DNA from: Acidimicrobiales bacterium
GTDB taxonomy: Bacteria; Actinomycetota; Acidimicrobiia; Acidimicrobiales; SZUA-35
Assembly: GCA_037969565.1 (NCBI GenBank)
Contig: JBBKXQ010000161.1
Coordinates: 492-64,491, forward strand
DNA: 64,000 bases
Direction: 5' to 3'
Shown piece by piece: positions 8,541 to 18,317 of the stretch (within the stretch, counting starts at the first letter, position 1; each line of letters opens with the position of its first letter). The position numbers were made by a program, and so were the translations under genes. The notes below the pieces were generated by a model, which saw nothing but the letters and a program-made list of their open reading frames with translations, made no database searches and was not told where the DNA came from.

Positions 8541-9865
8541 CGTCCCTCGACCTCGCCGCTCCAGTCATCATCGGCTTCGGCATCACGGGCCAAGCAGTCG
8601 CTCGGGTGCTCGCCGAGCGTGGCCACCCGCCGGTCGTCATCGACGATCGACCTTCCGACGACGGTTTGGCCGTGGCCGCCCAGCGCGGTTTCTCCCTCAC
8701 GGTGGCACCCGACTCCGACCAACTGGCCGCAATCGTGTCCACCGCGACGGTTCTCCTTCCGAGCCCCGGTATTCCGGATCATCACCCGGTGTTCGAAGTG
8801 GCCCGACGACTCGGAGTTCCGGTTCATTCCGAATTTGATCTCGCCGCCCTCTGGGACCGGCGTCCCCGGGTCGGCATCACCGGCACCAACGGCAAGACCA
8901 CCGTCACGATCATGGTCACCGAGGCCTTGAACCGGTCCGGCCTGCGGGCCGAGGCCGTGGGCAACACGCCGACGCCTCTCGTAGCTGCCCTCGCCGACGA
9001 CACCATCGATGTCTTCGTTGTCGAGGCTTCTTCCTTCCGTTTGGCCCACTCCTCGTGTTTCGCGCCACAAGTCGCCACGTGGATGAACTTCTCACCGGAT
9101 CACCTCGACGCCCACTCGTCGTTGGCGATCTACGAAGCGGCCAAGGCATCGATCTGGGCTCATCTGCCACGGGGTGGCATCGCCATCGCCAATGCCGAAG
9201 ATCCAGTCGTCATGAAGCACGTGCCGCAGGGCTCGCCCGTGGTCACGTTCGGGCTCGAGCGGGGTGACTGGCGCATCGAGCACGATCACGTGGTCGGTCC
9301 CGAGGGCCCACTCGTGGCCACAAACCGTCTAGCCCGACGCCAGCCTCACGACCTCGCCAACGCCACCTGCATGGCCGCAACCGCAATCGCGGCCGGAGCA
9401 ACCCCCGAGGCCGTCATCGAAACCCTCGAACAATTCGAGGGCCTTCCTCACCGAGTCTCCTTGGTGGGTGAATGGGACGGGATTCGGTGGTTCAACGATT
9501 CAAAAGCGACCGTGCCACAAGCGACTCTCGCTGCGGTTTCCGGCTTCTCCTCGGTCGTCCTCATCGCCGGCGGGCGCAACAAAGGACTCGACCTCTCCTC
9601 ACTGGCCACCTCGGTCCCACCCGTCCACACGGTGGTGGCCATCGGCGACGCCGAAGCCGAGATCGCATCCGTGTTCGCCCAAACCGACGCCGCCGTCGTC
9701 ACCGCAACAACGATGAGCGACGCGATCACGGCCGCCCGAGCGGCGGCCCGGCCCGGCGACACCGTCCTGCTCTCACCTGCCTGCACCTCGTTCGACTGGT
9801 ACGCCAACTACGGCGAACGAGGCGACGACTTCACCCGCGAAGTGACCGAAAGGTTCCACTCATGA
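8537..9865 (+). CDS. murD: UDP-MurNAc-L-Ala:D-Glu ligase MurD
   Basis: Contains ITGTNGKTT. Start set to ATG 8537 (MTSLDLAAPVIIGFG), which overlaps the mraY stop as ATGA. The tracked ORF begins at 8456. Confidence 0.85.
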   Translation: MTSLDLAAPVIIGFGITGQAVARVLAERGHPPVVIDDRPSDDGLAVAAQRGFSLTVAPDSDQLAAIVSTATVLLPSPGIPDHHPVFEVARRLGVPVHSEFDLAALWDRRPRVGITGTNGKTTVTIMVTEALNRSGLRAEAVGNTPTPLVAALADDTIDVFVVEASSFRLAHSSCFAPQVATWMNFSPDHLDAHSSLAIYEAAKASIWAHLPRGGIAIANAEDPVVMKHVPQGSPVVTFGLERGDWRIEHDHVVGPEGPLVATNRLARRQPHDLANATCMAATAIAAGATPEAVIETLEQFEGLPHRVSLVGEWDGIRWFNDSKATVPQATLAAVSGFSSVVLIAGGRNKGLDLSSLATSVPPVHTVVAIGDAEAEIASVFAQTDAAVVTATTMSDAITAARAAARPGDTVLLSPACTSFDWYANYGERGDDFTREVTERFHS

Positions 9866-11274
9866 CCACAACGACGCGATCCAAGCGTTCCGGCCCCGCA
9901 ACTCGCGGAACGACAACCAAGAAACCGGCCACCCGGAAGATCGCAGCCAAGCGGGCTCCCGCCAAAAGATCGACGGCCAAGCGGTCGACGGCCAAGTCGT
10001 CGTCGAACACCCGAGGGACCAGCACCGCCGCTCGAGCAGCCGCGGCTCGAACCGCAACCACGCGCTCAGGAACCACGCGTGTCGACACGAACACCAGGAG
10101 GGCGCAGCCGGCAGCCCGCCGGGCCGTCCGACCGACCGGCACCAGCGCCAAACGTCAGGTCCGCGCCTTCCCGGTCACCAAAATCGGCGAACGCAATGGG
10201 AACGTGCTGACGATCACCGTCCTTGCCCTCACCCTCTTCGGACTCGTGATGGTCTTGTCGGCTTCATCGGTCACGAGTCTCTACGACAACGAGTCGCCCT
10301 ATTCGTTGTTCCAGAAGCAGATCGTGTGGGCCGCCCTGGGTGCCGTGGCGTTCGTCGTGGCCAGTCGGATCGACTACCGCTGGCTCAAGCCAGTGGCAGT
10401 CCCATTCCTCCTCGTCACCGTTCTCATGTTGATCGCCGTGCTGATCCCGGGCGTCGGAAAGCGGATCAACGGTTCGTCCCGCTGGCTCGGCGTCGGCCCC
10501 TTCGTGATCCAACCGGGTGAGTTCGCCAAGTTGGCGATCGTGCTGTTCACCGCCGACTTGCTCAGTCGCCGATCGAAACAGATGCATCGCTCGGACCTCA
10601 CCATTCGCCCCGTGCTGCTCGTCGTCGGTGCGCTCTCGATCCTGCTCCTGATGCAACCCAAGCTGGGCACGGTCATCGTGATCGCCGCGGTTTCCATCCT
10701 GATGTTGTTCGTGGCTGGGGCCCGGCTTCCCAACCTGATGGCGTGGACTACGGCCGGAGCGGCGCTGGCCACCGCAGCCGCCTTTGGTTCGACCTATCGC
10801 CGTGAGCGCCTTCTTGCCTTCATCGATCCCTGGGCCGATCCGCTCGACAGCGGACTCCAAACGATCCAGAGCCAAGTCGGTATCGCTTCGGGAGGTGTGC
10901 TCGGAGTCGGCCTCGGTGCCGGTCGAGCCAAGTGGGGCTTTCTTCCCTACGCCCACTCCGATTTCATCTTCGCCATCGTCGCCGAAGAGATCGGTCTCAT
11001 CGGCGCCGGAGCCCTCATCGGTGGGTTCTTGCTTCTCGGGCTTCTCGGTATTCGGGCCGCTCTGAAGGCCCCGGATCGTTTCGGCATGCTGCTCGCCGCC
11101 GGCCTCACGTCATGGCTCCTGGTTCAGGGTTTCATGAACATCGCGATGTCGATCGGTGTGATGCCCATCACCGGAGAACCGCTGCCCTTCGTGTCGGCTG
11201 GGGGTTCGAGCCTCGTGACCACCCTGGCGGCCGCCGGCCTACTCACCAACGTCGCTCGACGCTCGAAGGCCTGA
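9862..11274 (+). CDS. ftsW: SEDS-family peptidoglycan glycosyltransferase FtsW
   Basis: Polytopic FtsW/RodA/SpoVE-like body, preceded by a basic tail of about 112 aa rich in T, K, R and A. Start is ATG 9862, overlapping the murD stop. The tracked ORF extends upstream to 9472 inside murD. Confidence 0.85.
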   Translation: MTTTTRSKRSGPATRGTTTKKPATRKIAAKRAPAKRSTAKRSTAKSSSNTRGTSTAARAAAARTATTRSGTTRVDTNTRRAQPAARRAVRPTGTSAKRQVRAFPVTKIGERNGNVLTITVLALTLFGLVMVLSASSVTSLYDNESPYSLFQKQIVWAALGAVAFVVASRIDYRWLKPVAVPFLLVTVLMLIAVLIPGVGKRINGSSRWLGVGPFVIQPGEFAKLAIVLFTADLLSRRSKQMHRSDLTIRPVLLVVGALSILLLMQPKLGTVIVIAAVSILMLFVAGARLPNLMAWTTAGAALATAAAFGSTYRRERLLAFIDPWADPLDSGLQTIQSQVGIASGGVLGVGLGAGRAKWGFLPYAHSDFIFAIVAEEIGLIGAGALIGGFLLLGLLGIRAALKAPDRFGMLLAAGLTSWLLVQGFMNIAMSIGVMPITGEPLPFVSAGGSSLVTTLAAAGLLTNVARRSKA

Positions 11275-11277
11275 TTC

Positions 11278-12417
11278 ATGACGTCCGTGATCATCACCGG
11301 TGGTGGAACCGCCGGTCACACCAACCCGGGCATCGCCGCTGCCCAGGCCTTGGTGGCTCGCGGACTCTCCGTTGGTCAGATCCATTTCATCGGCGGTGAA
11401 CGGGGCAACGAAGGCACCCTCGTTCGTGAGGCCGGATTCACCATTGATCTGTTGCCAGGACGCGGCATTCGCCGTTCCTTCAGCCTCAGCAACGTGCGCT
11501 CGGTGCTCGACCTGCTTCGCGGGGTCGTCCGGGCATTCGGACTCGTCCGCCGACACGACCCCGACGTGGTTCTCTGTCTCGGTGGGTACGCCGCGTTCGG
11601 AGCATCGCTGGCCGCCCTCGTGCTCCGGATTCCTGTTGTGGTCACTGAGCAGAACGCCCGCGCCAGTGCGGTGAATCGGCTCGTCGGCCGGTTCGCCAAA
11701 GCGTGTGCCCTGCCCTTTCCCGACACCGACCTCCCGAAAGGGGTTCTCACTGGTAATCCGGTTCTCCCCTCAGTCGTGGAGGCGGTGCAGGCGGCCGACC
11801 GCGATTCGGCCCGGGCCACGCTTCAAGTCGATCCCTCGGCGGTGATGGTCGCGGTATGGACCGGTTCACTCGGATCGACCCGAGTCAACACTGCTGTCCG
11901 CGACCTTGCCCTCCGGTGGAAAGACCGAGCGGGGATCACCTTGCACCACGTCATCGGAGAGCGCGACTGGGAACGATTCGGTCCCACTCCGGCCGAACTC
12001 GACGCAGCCGCGCTGACCTACCGAACGGTTCGATACGAAACTCGGATGCCCGAGGTGCTCGTCGCCGCCGACCTGGCCATCTGCCGCTCCGGGGCATCAA
12101 CGGTCACCGAACTCGCCATCGCCGGCCTCCCTTCGGTGCTCATCCCGCTCCCCGGGGCGCCGCGAGATCATCAAACCGCGAACAGTCGGGAACTCGTCGA
12201 GGCCGGAGGAGCGATCCTGCTGTCCGACGCCGACGTCTCTGGCGAACAGCTCGAACGACGGCTCCTCGCCGTGGTCGAGGGGCCGGCCACGAGAACTCGT
12301 ATGGCCGCCGCCGCGGCCTCGGTCGGTCGTCCCGGCGCAGCACGAGCCGTAGCCGACCTCGTCATCGAGATCGGCAATCTGTCGGCGACCGATCCAACCT
12401 CGGGAGGTGAGCGGTGA
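11278..12417 (+). CDS. murG: UDP-GlcNAc:lipid I GlcNAc transferase MurG
   Basis: N-terminal ITGGGTAGHTNPG motif, GT28 architecture, and the dcw position. Confidence 0.9.
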   Translation: MTSVIITGGGTAGHTNPGIAAAQALVARGLSVGQIHFIGGERGNEGTLVREAGFTIDLLPGRGIRRSFSLSNVRSVLDLLRGVVRAFGLVRRHDPDVVLCLGGYAAFGASLAALVLRIPVVVTEQNARASAVNRLVGRFAKACALPFPDTDLPKGVLTGNPVLPSVVEAVQAADRDSARATLQVDPSAVMVAVWTGSLGSTRVNTAVRDLALRWKDRAGITLHHVIGERDWERFGPTPAELDAAALTYRTVRYETRMPEVLVAADLAICRSGASTVTELAIAGLPSVLIPLPGAPRDHQTANSRELVEAGGAILLSDADVSGEQLERRLLAVVEGPATRTRMAAAAASVGRPGAARAVADLVIEIGNLSATDPTSGGER

Positions 12418-13799
12418 CCGCATTCATCGATCTACGTCATCAGCGCCGAATCCACATCGTGGGCCTCGGAGGGTCAGGAATGAGCGCAATCGCAGAGATC
12501 CTGCTCGGCACCGGCCATCTGGTCACCGGCTCGGACCTCGCGCTCTCCGCCCCCATGAAACGACTGGCGGAAGCTGGCGTGCAGACGTTCGTCGGTCACG
12601 ACGCCTCACAGATCGGCGATGCCGAGGTTGTCGCCATCTCTACGGCAATTCCTCCGACCAATCCTGAGGTCATCGCCGCCACCGAAGCCGGAATCCCCGT
12701 GTTGCGACGGGCCGAAATTCTCACCGCCATCACTGCCACGTGGCGCACGGTGGCCGTTGCCGGCACTCACGGCAAGACGACGACCTCGGCGATGCTCACC
12801 GCTGCGCTCCAGGGTGCAAACCTCGACCCGGCGTTCATCGTCGGCGGCGACCTCCGGGATCTGGGCAAGGGTGCCGCCGTCGGCACCGGCGACCTTCTGG
12901 TCGTCGAGGCCGATGAGAGCGACGGCACCTTTGTCGAACTCGATTCCTTCGGTGTGATCGTCACGAACGTCGAACCCGATCACCTCGAGCACTACGGAGG
13001 ATTCGACGGCTTGAAAGCAGCCTTCGTTCGTTTCATCGAGCAGGCCCCAGGGCCCAAACTCGTCTGTCTCGATGATCCCGGTTCGGCCGCCCTGGTGAAC
13101 ACCATCGAGGGCGTTGTCTCCTACGGACTCCTGCCAAGTGCTGATTGGCGAATCGTCGATGCCCTCCCCACACCGCGAGGGGTCACGTTCACGGTGGCCG
13201 GACCACGTGATCGCTACGAGATTCGACTCCGTCAACCCGGACTCCACAACGCCCGTAATGCAACCGCAGCCCTCGTGATGGCCATCGAATTGGGTGCCGA
13301 CGGCAGAGAAGCGGCCGAGGCCTTGTCGAACTTCGGAGGCGTCGGACGCCGGTTCGAAGAACGAGGTGAGATCGACGGAATCCGACTCGTCGATGACTAT
13401 GCCCACCTTCCCACTGAGGTGATGTCAGCTCTGCAAGCCGGTCGCAGCCAGCACGCTGGGAGGTTGTTCGCCGTCTTCCAACCCCATCGCTACAGCCGGA
13501 CCGAGCAGCTCTGGTCGACCTTCACCAATGCGTTCGTGGACGCCGACGTTCTCATCGTCACCGGCATCTACACCGCGGGTGAAGCACCTCGAGCCGGTAT
13601 CTCGGGTGCGCTGATCGCCGACGACGTTCGGTCGGCTCACCCCGACGCCGACGTTCGCTACATCGAACAACTGGACGATGTCGTCGCCGAGTTGGTCGGC
13701 GAGATGCGAAGCGGCGATCTCTGCATGACGCTCGGGGCGGGCGACCTGACCAATGTTCCCGATCGCGTCGCCGAGGGTCTCAGGAAACGCAGCTCGTGA
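12414..13799 (+). CDS. murC: UDP-MurNAc:L-Ala ligase MurC
   Basis: IHIVGLGGSGMSAIA and VAGTHGKTTT motifs. GTGA overlap with murG. Confidence 0.9.
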   Translation: MTAFIDLRHQRRIHIVGLGGSGMSAIAEILLGTGHLVTGSDLALSAPMKRLAEAGVQTFVGHDASQIGDAEVVAISTAIPPTNPEVIAATEAGIPVLRRAEILTAITATWRTVAVAGTHGKTTTSAMLTAALQGANLDPAFIVGGDLRDLGKGAAVGTGDLLVVEADESDGTFVELDSFGVIVTNVEPDHLEHYGGFDGLKAAFVRFIEQAPGPKLVCLDDPGSAALVNTIEGVVSYGLLPSADWRIVDALPTPRGVTFTVAGPRDRYEIRLRQPGLHNARNATAALVMAIELGADGREAAEALSNFGGVGRRFEERGEIDGIRLVDDYAHLPTEVMSALQAGRSQHAGRLFAVFQPHRYSRTEQLWSTFTNAFVDADVLIVTGIYTAGEAPRAGISGALIADDVRSAHPDADVRYIEQLDDVVAELVGEMRSGDLCMTLGAGDLTNVPDRVAEGLRKRSS

Positions 13800-14722
13800 A
13801 TTCAGATCTCATCGAGGCACTCGCTCGGCTCGACGATGTTGCTGAACGACACGTGTCGTTGGCCCCGTTCTGTACGTATCGGGTCGGCGGGTCAGCCGCC
13901 GGTCTGGTTCGAGTCGACGACGTCGCAACACTCGAACGGGTGCACGACGGGCTCACTGGGCTCGACGTTCCTGTGCTCGTCATCGGCCGAGGATCGAACC
14001 TTCTGGTCGCGGATGCCGGGTTCGATGGAATCGTGATCCGCCTCGGCGGGTCGTTCGAGGAAGTGTCCATCGATCACGACGAACATCGTGTGATCGCCGG
14101 CGGCATGGCACTCCTCCCGGTGGTCGCTCGCCGAACGGCGGCCGCAGGGCTCACCGGTTTCGAGTGGGCCGTGGGAGTGCCGGGGTCGATCGGGGGCGCG
14201 GTACGAATGAACGCCGGCGGCCACGGATCCGACATGGCGGCGTCCCTGGTCCGTATCAGCAGTTTCAGCACCTCGTCCGGTGGGCCGCTGAACATCCCCA
14301 CCGAAGCCTTGTCGCTGGGTTATCGCACGTCGTCCATCGAGCCGGATCAAGTGATCCTGTACGCCGAACTCCAGCTGCGGCCCGGCGACCGGGAACAATC
14401 GGAACGCGAGATCAGCGAAATCGTCAGCTGGCGCCGAGTCCATCAACCGGGTGGTCAGAACGCCGGGAGTGTGTTCGCGAATCCTGTTGGCGATTCAGCC
14501 GGCCGGCTGATCGAGGAGGCCGGCTTGAAGGGTTTTCGCATCGGCAGTGCCGAAATTTCCGACAAACACGCCAATTTCATTCAAGCCGATCCCGGCGGTT
14601 CGGCGAACGACGTTCACTCACTCATCCGCGAGGTGCAGCGCATGATCAAGGACAATGCAGGCATCGAACTCCGAGCAGAGAATCTTCTGATCGGATTCGA
14701 CGAGGAATCGACAACACTGTGA
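13796..14722 (+). CDS. murB: UDP-N-acetylenolpyruvoylglucosamine reductase MurB
   Basis: FAD-binding-domain pattern (VIGRGSNLLV) and MurB C-terminal region. GTGA overlap with murC. Confidence 0.85.
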   Translation: MNSDLIEALARLDDVAERHVSLAPFCTYRVGGSAAGLVRVDDVATLERVHDGLTGLDVPVLVIGRGSNLLVADAGFDGIVIRLGGSFEEVSIDHDEHRVIAGGMALLPVVARRTAAAGLTGFEWAVGVPGSIGGAVRMNAGGHGSDMAASLVRISSFSTSSGGPLNIPTEALSLGYRTSSIEPDQVILYAELQLRPGDREQSEREISEIVSWRRVHQPGGQNAGSVFANPVGDSAGRLIEEAGLKGFRIGSAEISDKHANFIQADPGGSANDVHSLIREVQRMIKDNAGIELRAENLLIGFDEESTTL

Positions 14723-15627
14723 CCACCACCAAACCGACGAAAGCGCGAGCAGCGGCGGCAAAGCCCGGAGCGAGAGCGGCCACGAAGAAAAGGCCTGCGT
14801 CGTCCGAGCTCGCGTCCGCTTCGGTCGACCCACGCCTCGCCGCTCGTCGACGCGACGTCAAACGATCCGAGGGCAGGCGCCGACTCCACACACTCGTCGC
14901 GTTGTGCCTCATCACCCTCTCCTCGATCGGGGCGCTCGCCTTCCTTCAGAGTTCATGGATGGCGATCGACGTGATCAATGTGGAAGGAGCCGAACGAACG
15001 TCTCCCATACAGGTCACCGATGCATCGGGCATTGTGCTCGGCGAGCCGCTCGTGGATCTCGATGCCGGAGAGGCCTCACGCCAAATCCTCGCCCTGCCGT
15101 GGGTGGCTTCGGTCGAGGTGACGCGAGAGTGGAACGGCGTGATCACACTGAATGTTGCCGAGCGCACCCCCGCAATTTCGCTCCCGATCACCGGGTCGCC
15201 CGGTCAATTCATGCTCATCGATTCCACCGGAAGGCAGCTCGAAGCCGTCGACGGTCTGCCCTACGGGTTCATTCCGATCGAGGGGCTCGCCGCCTCCGGT
15301 CAACCCGGTCAACCGGGCCCTCCCGAGGCTCACGGAGTCGTCAGACTGCTGGGACTACTCAGTCCTGAACGTCAACTAGACGTCTCTCAAATCGTGGTCG
15401 CCGACCGCAACCTCTACCTCGACCTCGCAGCGCAGGGCAGGGTGCGTCTTGGCAGCGATAGCGGGCTTCCGGAGAAACTCGTTAGCCTCGACACGATTCT
15501 TTCCACTGTCGACCTTCGTTGCCTGTGGGAAATCGATGTGCGGGTGCACACGGCTCCAGCTGTTACGCGCCTGAGTGTCGATGGTGTCGAAAAGGCTCCG
15601 TTGACCGATCTCTCTACCTGTACCTAA
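14719..15627 (+). CDS. ftsQ: cell division protein FtsQ (POTRA domain)
   Basis: GTG 14719 overlaps the murB stop. Basic tail, one TM helix (LHTLVALCLITLSSIGALAFL), then a POTRA-like IDVINVEGAERTS. The tracked ORF starts at 14164 inside murB. Confidence 0.75.
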   Translation: MTTTKPTKARAAAAKPGARAATKKRPASSELASASVDPRLAARRRDVKRSEGRRRLHTLVALCLITLSSIGALAFLQSSWMAIDVINVEGAERTSPIQVTDASGIVLGEPLVDLDAGEASRQILALPWVASVEVTREWNGVITLNVAERTPAISLPITGSPGQFMLIDSTGRQLEAVDGLPYGFIPIEGLAASGQPGQPGPPEAHGVVRLLGLLSPERQLDVSQIVVADRNLYLDLAAQGRVRLGSDSGLPEKLVSLDTILSTVDLRCLWEIDVRVHTAPAVTRLSVDGVEKAPLTDLSTCT

Positions 15628-15660
15628 TCTCGAGCGCTTGCTCTCTTCGAAAGAACTCCT

Positions 15661-16749
15661 ATGAACACGCAGAACTACGTGGCGGTCATCAAGGTCGTCG
15701 GTGTCGGCGGTGGCGGTTGCAACGCGATCAACCGCATGATCGACGCTGGTCTTCGTGGCGTGGAGTTCGTCGCCGTCAACACCGACGCGCAAGCGTTGTT
15801 GATGAACGACGCCGAGACCAAGATCCACATCGGTCGAGATCTCACTCGTGGACTCGGGGCCGGATCGGATCCAGCGATCGGTCAGCAGGCAGCAGAGGAT
15901 CATCGTGACGAGATCGCCGCCGCGCTCGACGGAGCCGACATGGTCTTCATCACTGCCGGTGAGGGTGGCGGCACCGGAACCGGCGCCGCCCCGGTGATCG
16001 CCGAGGTGGCCAAGAGCCAGGGCGCCCTCACCATCGCCGTCGTCACGAGGCCATTCGGGTTCGAGGGTCGTCGCCGCTCCTCCCAGGCAGAAAACGGAAT
16101 CACCCGTCTCAAGGACAAAGTCGACACCCAGATCGTCATCCCGAACGACCGGTTGCTGTCGATCGCCGACGAGAAGACCACGATGGTCAACGCCTTCCGC
16201 ATGGCCGACGAGATTCTGCTCTCGGGTGTTGCCGGTATCACCGACCTCATCACTACTCCCGGCTTGATCAACACCGACTTCGCCGATGTTCGAATGATCA
16301 TGAACAACGCCGGCTCGGCGCTGATGGGCATCGGTCGGGCCAGTGGCGAAGGCCGGGCGCTGGCCGCCGCTCGAGCCGCCATTGCCAGCCCACTCCTCGA
16401 GGCGTCGATCGAAGGGGCTCGGGGAATCCTGTTGTCGATCTCGGGTTCCAGCGAACTCGGACTCTTCGAAGTGAACGAGGCGGCCGAGATCATTCATGAC
16501 GTGGCTCACGCCGATGCCAACATCATCTTCGGCACTGTTGTCGACGAATCGATGGAGGATGAGATTCGGGTCACGGTGATTGCCGCCGGTTTCGATCGTT
16601 GGGATTCCGGCAACGAGAACGGTGGCACCTACGACGACGATGGTCCGCTCAGGGATCTCCTCGGTGATGACGACTACGACGATTCTCGAGTCGACATCTT
16701 CGCAACCGACGACGACGACGATTTCGACGTTCCCTCATTCTTGAAGTGA
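15661..16749 (+). CDS. ftsZ: cell division GTPase FtsZ
   Basis: [13 protein letters not shown] and the tubulin signature [10 protein letters not shown]. Acidic C-terminal linker ends in [10 protein letters not shown]. Confidence 0.95.
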   Translation: MNTQNYVAVIKVVGVGGGGCNAINRMIDAGLRGVEFVAVNTDAQALLMNDAETKIHIGRDLTRGLGAGSDPAIGQQAAEDHRDEIAAALDGADMVFITAGEGGGTGTGAAPVIAEVAKSQGALTIAVVTRPFGFEGRRRSSQAENGITRLKDKVDTQIVIPNDRLLSIADEKTTMVNAFRMADEILLSGVAGITDLITTPGLINTDFADVRMIMNNAGSALMGIGRASGEGRALAAARAAIASPLLEASIEGARGILLSISGSSELGLFEVNEAAEIIHDVAHADANIIFGTVVDESMEDEIRVTVIAAGFDRWDSGNENGGTYDDDGPLRDLLGDDDYDDSRVDIFATDDDDDFDVPSFLK

Positions 16750-16787
16750 GCCCGCTCGGCAGTTGAAGGCGATCAGACCCCGGTCCC

Positions 16788-17489
16788 ATGGAGCATCTCA
16801 GGTTCGAACTTCCGACGGTCGTGGCCCATGTCGTTTTCACCTCGGCGAACGATGGAGACTTCCGAGTCAACCACCCGCCCGGCAGCGACGACGCTCGCCG
16901 CGTCGAGGCTCGTCGCCGAGCCGTCACGCCGAATCCATGGACCTCACTACGTCAGGTCCACGGCTCCGAGGTCGCGGTCGTGGGCGAGCCCGGCGAGCAC
17001 GATCAAGCCGAAGCCGACGGCGCCGTCACGTTTCGAACGGGATGTGCGATCGCGGTCACCACGGCCGACTGCGCCCCCGTTGTCCTCATCGGGTCTTGCG
17101 GCATCGCGGTGGTTCACGCCGGCTGGCGGGGAGCCGCCTTGGGGATCGTGCCGGTCGCTGCCGACTTGCTTCGCTCGGGCGGCGCAGAACCTGTGGCAAC
17201 CATCGTTGGGCCCTGTATCCAACCCGCGGCCTACGAATTCGGCACGGAGGAGCTCGACGATCTCGCCACTCGCTTCGGCGAGGGACTGCGAGCGTCAACG
17301 GCAGACGGAGGCCCAGCTCTCGATCTCCACGCCTTGATCACGACAACCACGATGGACGGCGGATGGCCGGCGCCCGCCCGGTCGATCTGCACGAGTGACG
17401 TGTCGTACTTCAGCCACCGGACTCGGAGTGATCGTGGTCGACAGGCAACCGTGGCATGGTTGACCTCCAAGGATCGAGGCCAACCGTGA
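16788..17489 (+). CDS. pgeF: YfiH/PgeF-family (laccase-domain) protein
   Basis: LRQVHGSEVAVV and CAPV..HAGWRG motifs. Holds the conserved position after ftsZ. Confidence 0.75.
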   Translation: MEHLRFELPTVVAHVVFTSANDGDFRVNHPPGSDDARRVEARRRAVTPNPWTSLRQVHGSEVAVVGEPGEHDQAEADGAVTFRTGCAIAVTTADCAPVVLIGSCGIAVVHAGWRGAALGIVPVAADLLRSGGAEPVATIVGPCIQPAAYEFGTEELDDLATRFGEGLRASTADGGPALDLHALITTTTMDGGWPAPARSICTSDVSYFSHRTRSDRGRQATVAWLTSKDRGQP

Positions 17490-18160
17490 CGACCCCCACG
17501 TCAGCGAATCCCACCGCAGCCGAGCTCGTCGCCCGACTCGAGCTGATCCATCAGCGGATCGAAGCAGCCGGTGGTTCTCGAGACCGGACCGCGGTGCTGG
17601 CGGTCACGAAGATGTTTCCGGTCGCGTTGGTCGAATTGGCGGCAAGCGTTGAACTGAGCGATGTGGGGGAGAACTACGCACAGGAGTTGATCGCGAAGGC
17701 AGCCGAGCTCGATCGAGCCGACGTCCGCTGGCACATGATCGGCGGGTTGCAGAAGAACAAAGTGAAGAAGTTGGCGGGCATCGTCGCCATCTGGCAAACC
17801 GTCGACCGACCAGACGTGGCGACCGAGATCGCCAAACGGGTGCCCGGTGCCGACATCTATGTGCAGGTCAACACCACCGATGAGCCGCAGAAGTCGGGCT
17901 GTTCAGCGGCGGAGGCCCCGGCACTCGTCGAGCACTGTCGACAAGCTGGACTCGAGGTTCTCGGACTCATGACCGTCGGCCCCACCGACTCGTCCGATCC
18001 TCGCCCGGCATTCGCCTCCCTCAGAACGCTGGCCGAGCGGGTCGAGGTCAGCGGCCTCTCGATGGGCATGAGCGCCGATCTCGAGGCGGCAGTAGCCGAG
18101 GGGTCCACGCTCGTTCGAATCGGTTCCGGCCTGTTCGGTCCTCGTCCGCCGAGAGGCTGA
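17486..18160 (+). CDS. yggS: YggS-family pyridoxal-phosphate homeostasis protein
   Basis: VLAVTKMFP (PLP lysine) and the C-terminal LSMGMSADLEAAV...VRIGSGLFG motif. Start placed at GTG 17486, overlapping the pgeF stop; the tracked start is 17456. Confidence 0.8.
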   Translation: MTTPTSANPTAAELVARLELIHQRIEAAGGSRDRTAVLAVTKMFPVALVELAASVELSDVGENYAQELIAKAAELDRADVRWHMIGGLQKNKVKKLAGIVAIWQTVDRPDVATEIAKRVPGADIYVQVNTTDEPQKSGCSAAEAPALVEHCRQAGLEVLGLMTVGPTDSSDPRPAFASLRTLAERVEVSGLSMGMSADLEAAVAEGSTLVRIGSGLFGPRPPRG

Positions 18161-18317
18161 CCCGGAACGCATTCATCGGTCTCGCGCTGTCTTTGGTTCT
18201 GCCGCGTAGAGTCTTCGCAGGGTACGGAAGACACGGCCAGGCCAGGATGTCGTGCGAAACGAACTCGTCCGAAACTACGATGTGCTGCGGCGACGCCCTG
18301 GTCGGAAGGTAAATGCG

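Noticed and set aside
9472-9861. Upstream in-frame extension of ftsW in the ORF track. The ftsQ (14164), murD (8456), sulfotransferase (41957 and 42132), Wzy-like (46432), Rrf2 (27693) and GT2 (52790) ORFs have the same kind of extension.
   Set aside because: The extensions lie inside the preceding gene or in R/P-rich sequence. Family-typical N-termini and 4-nt start/stop overlaps support the shorter starts used here.
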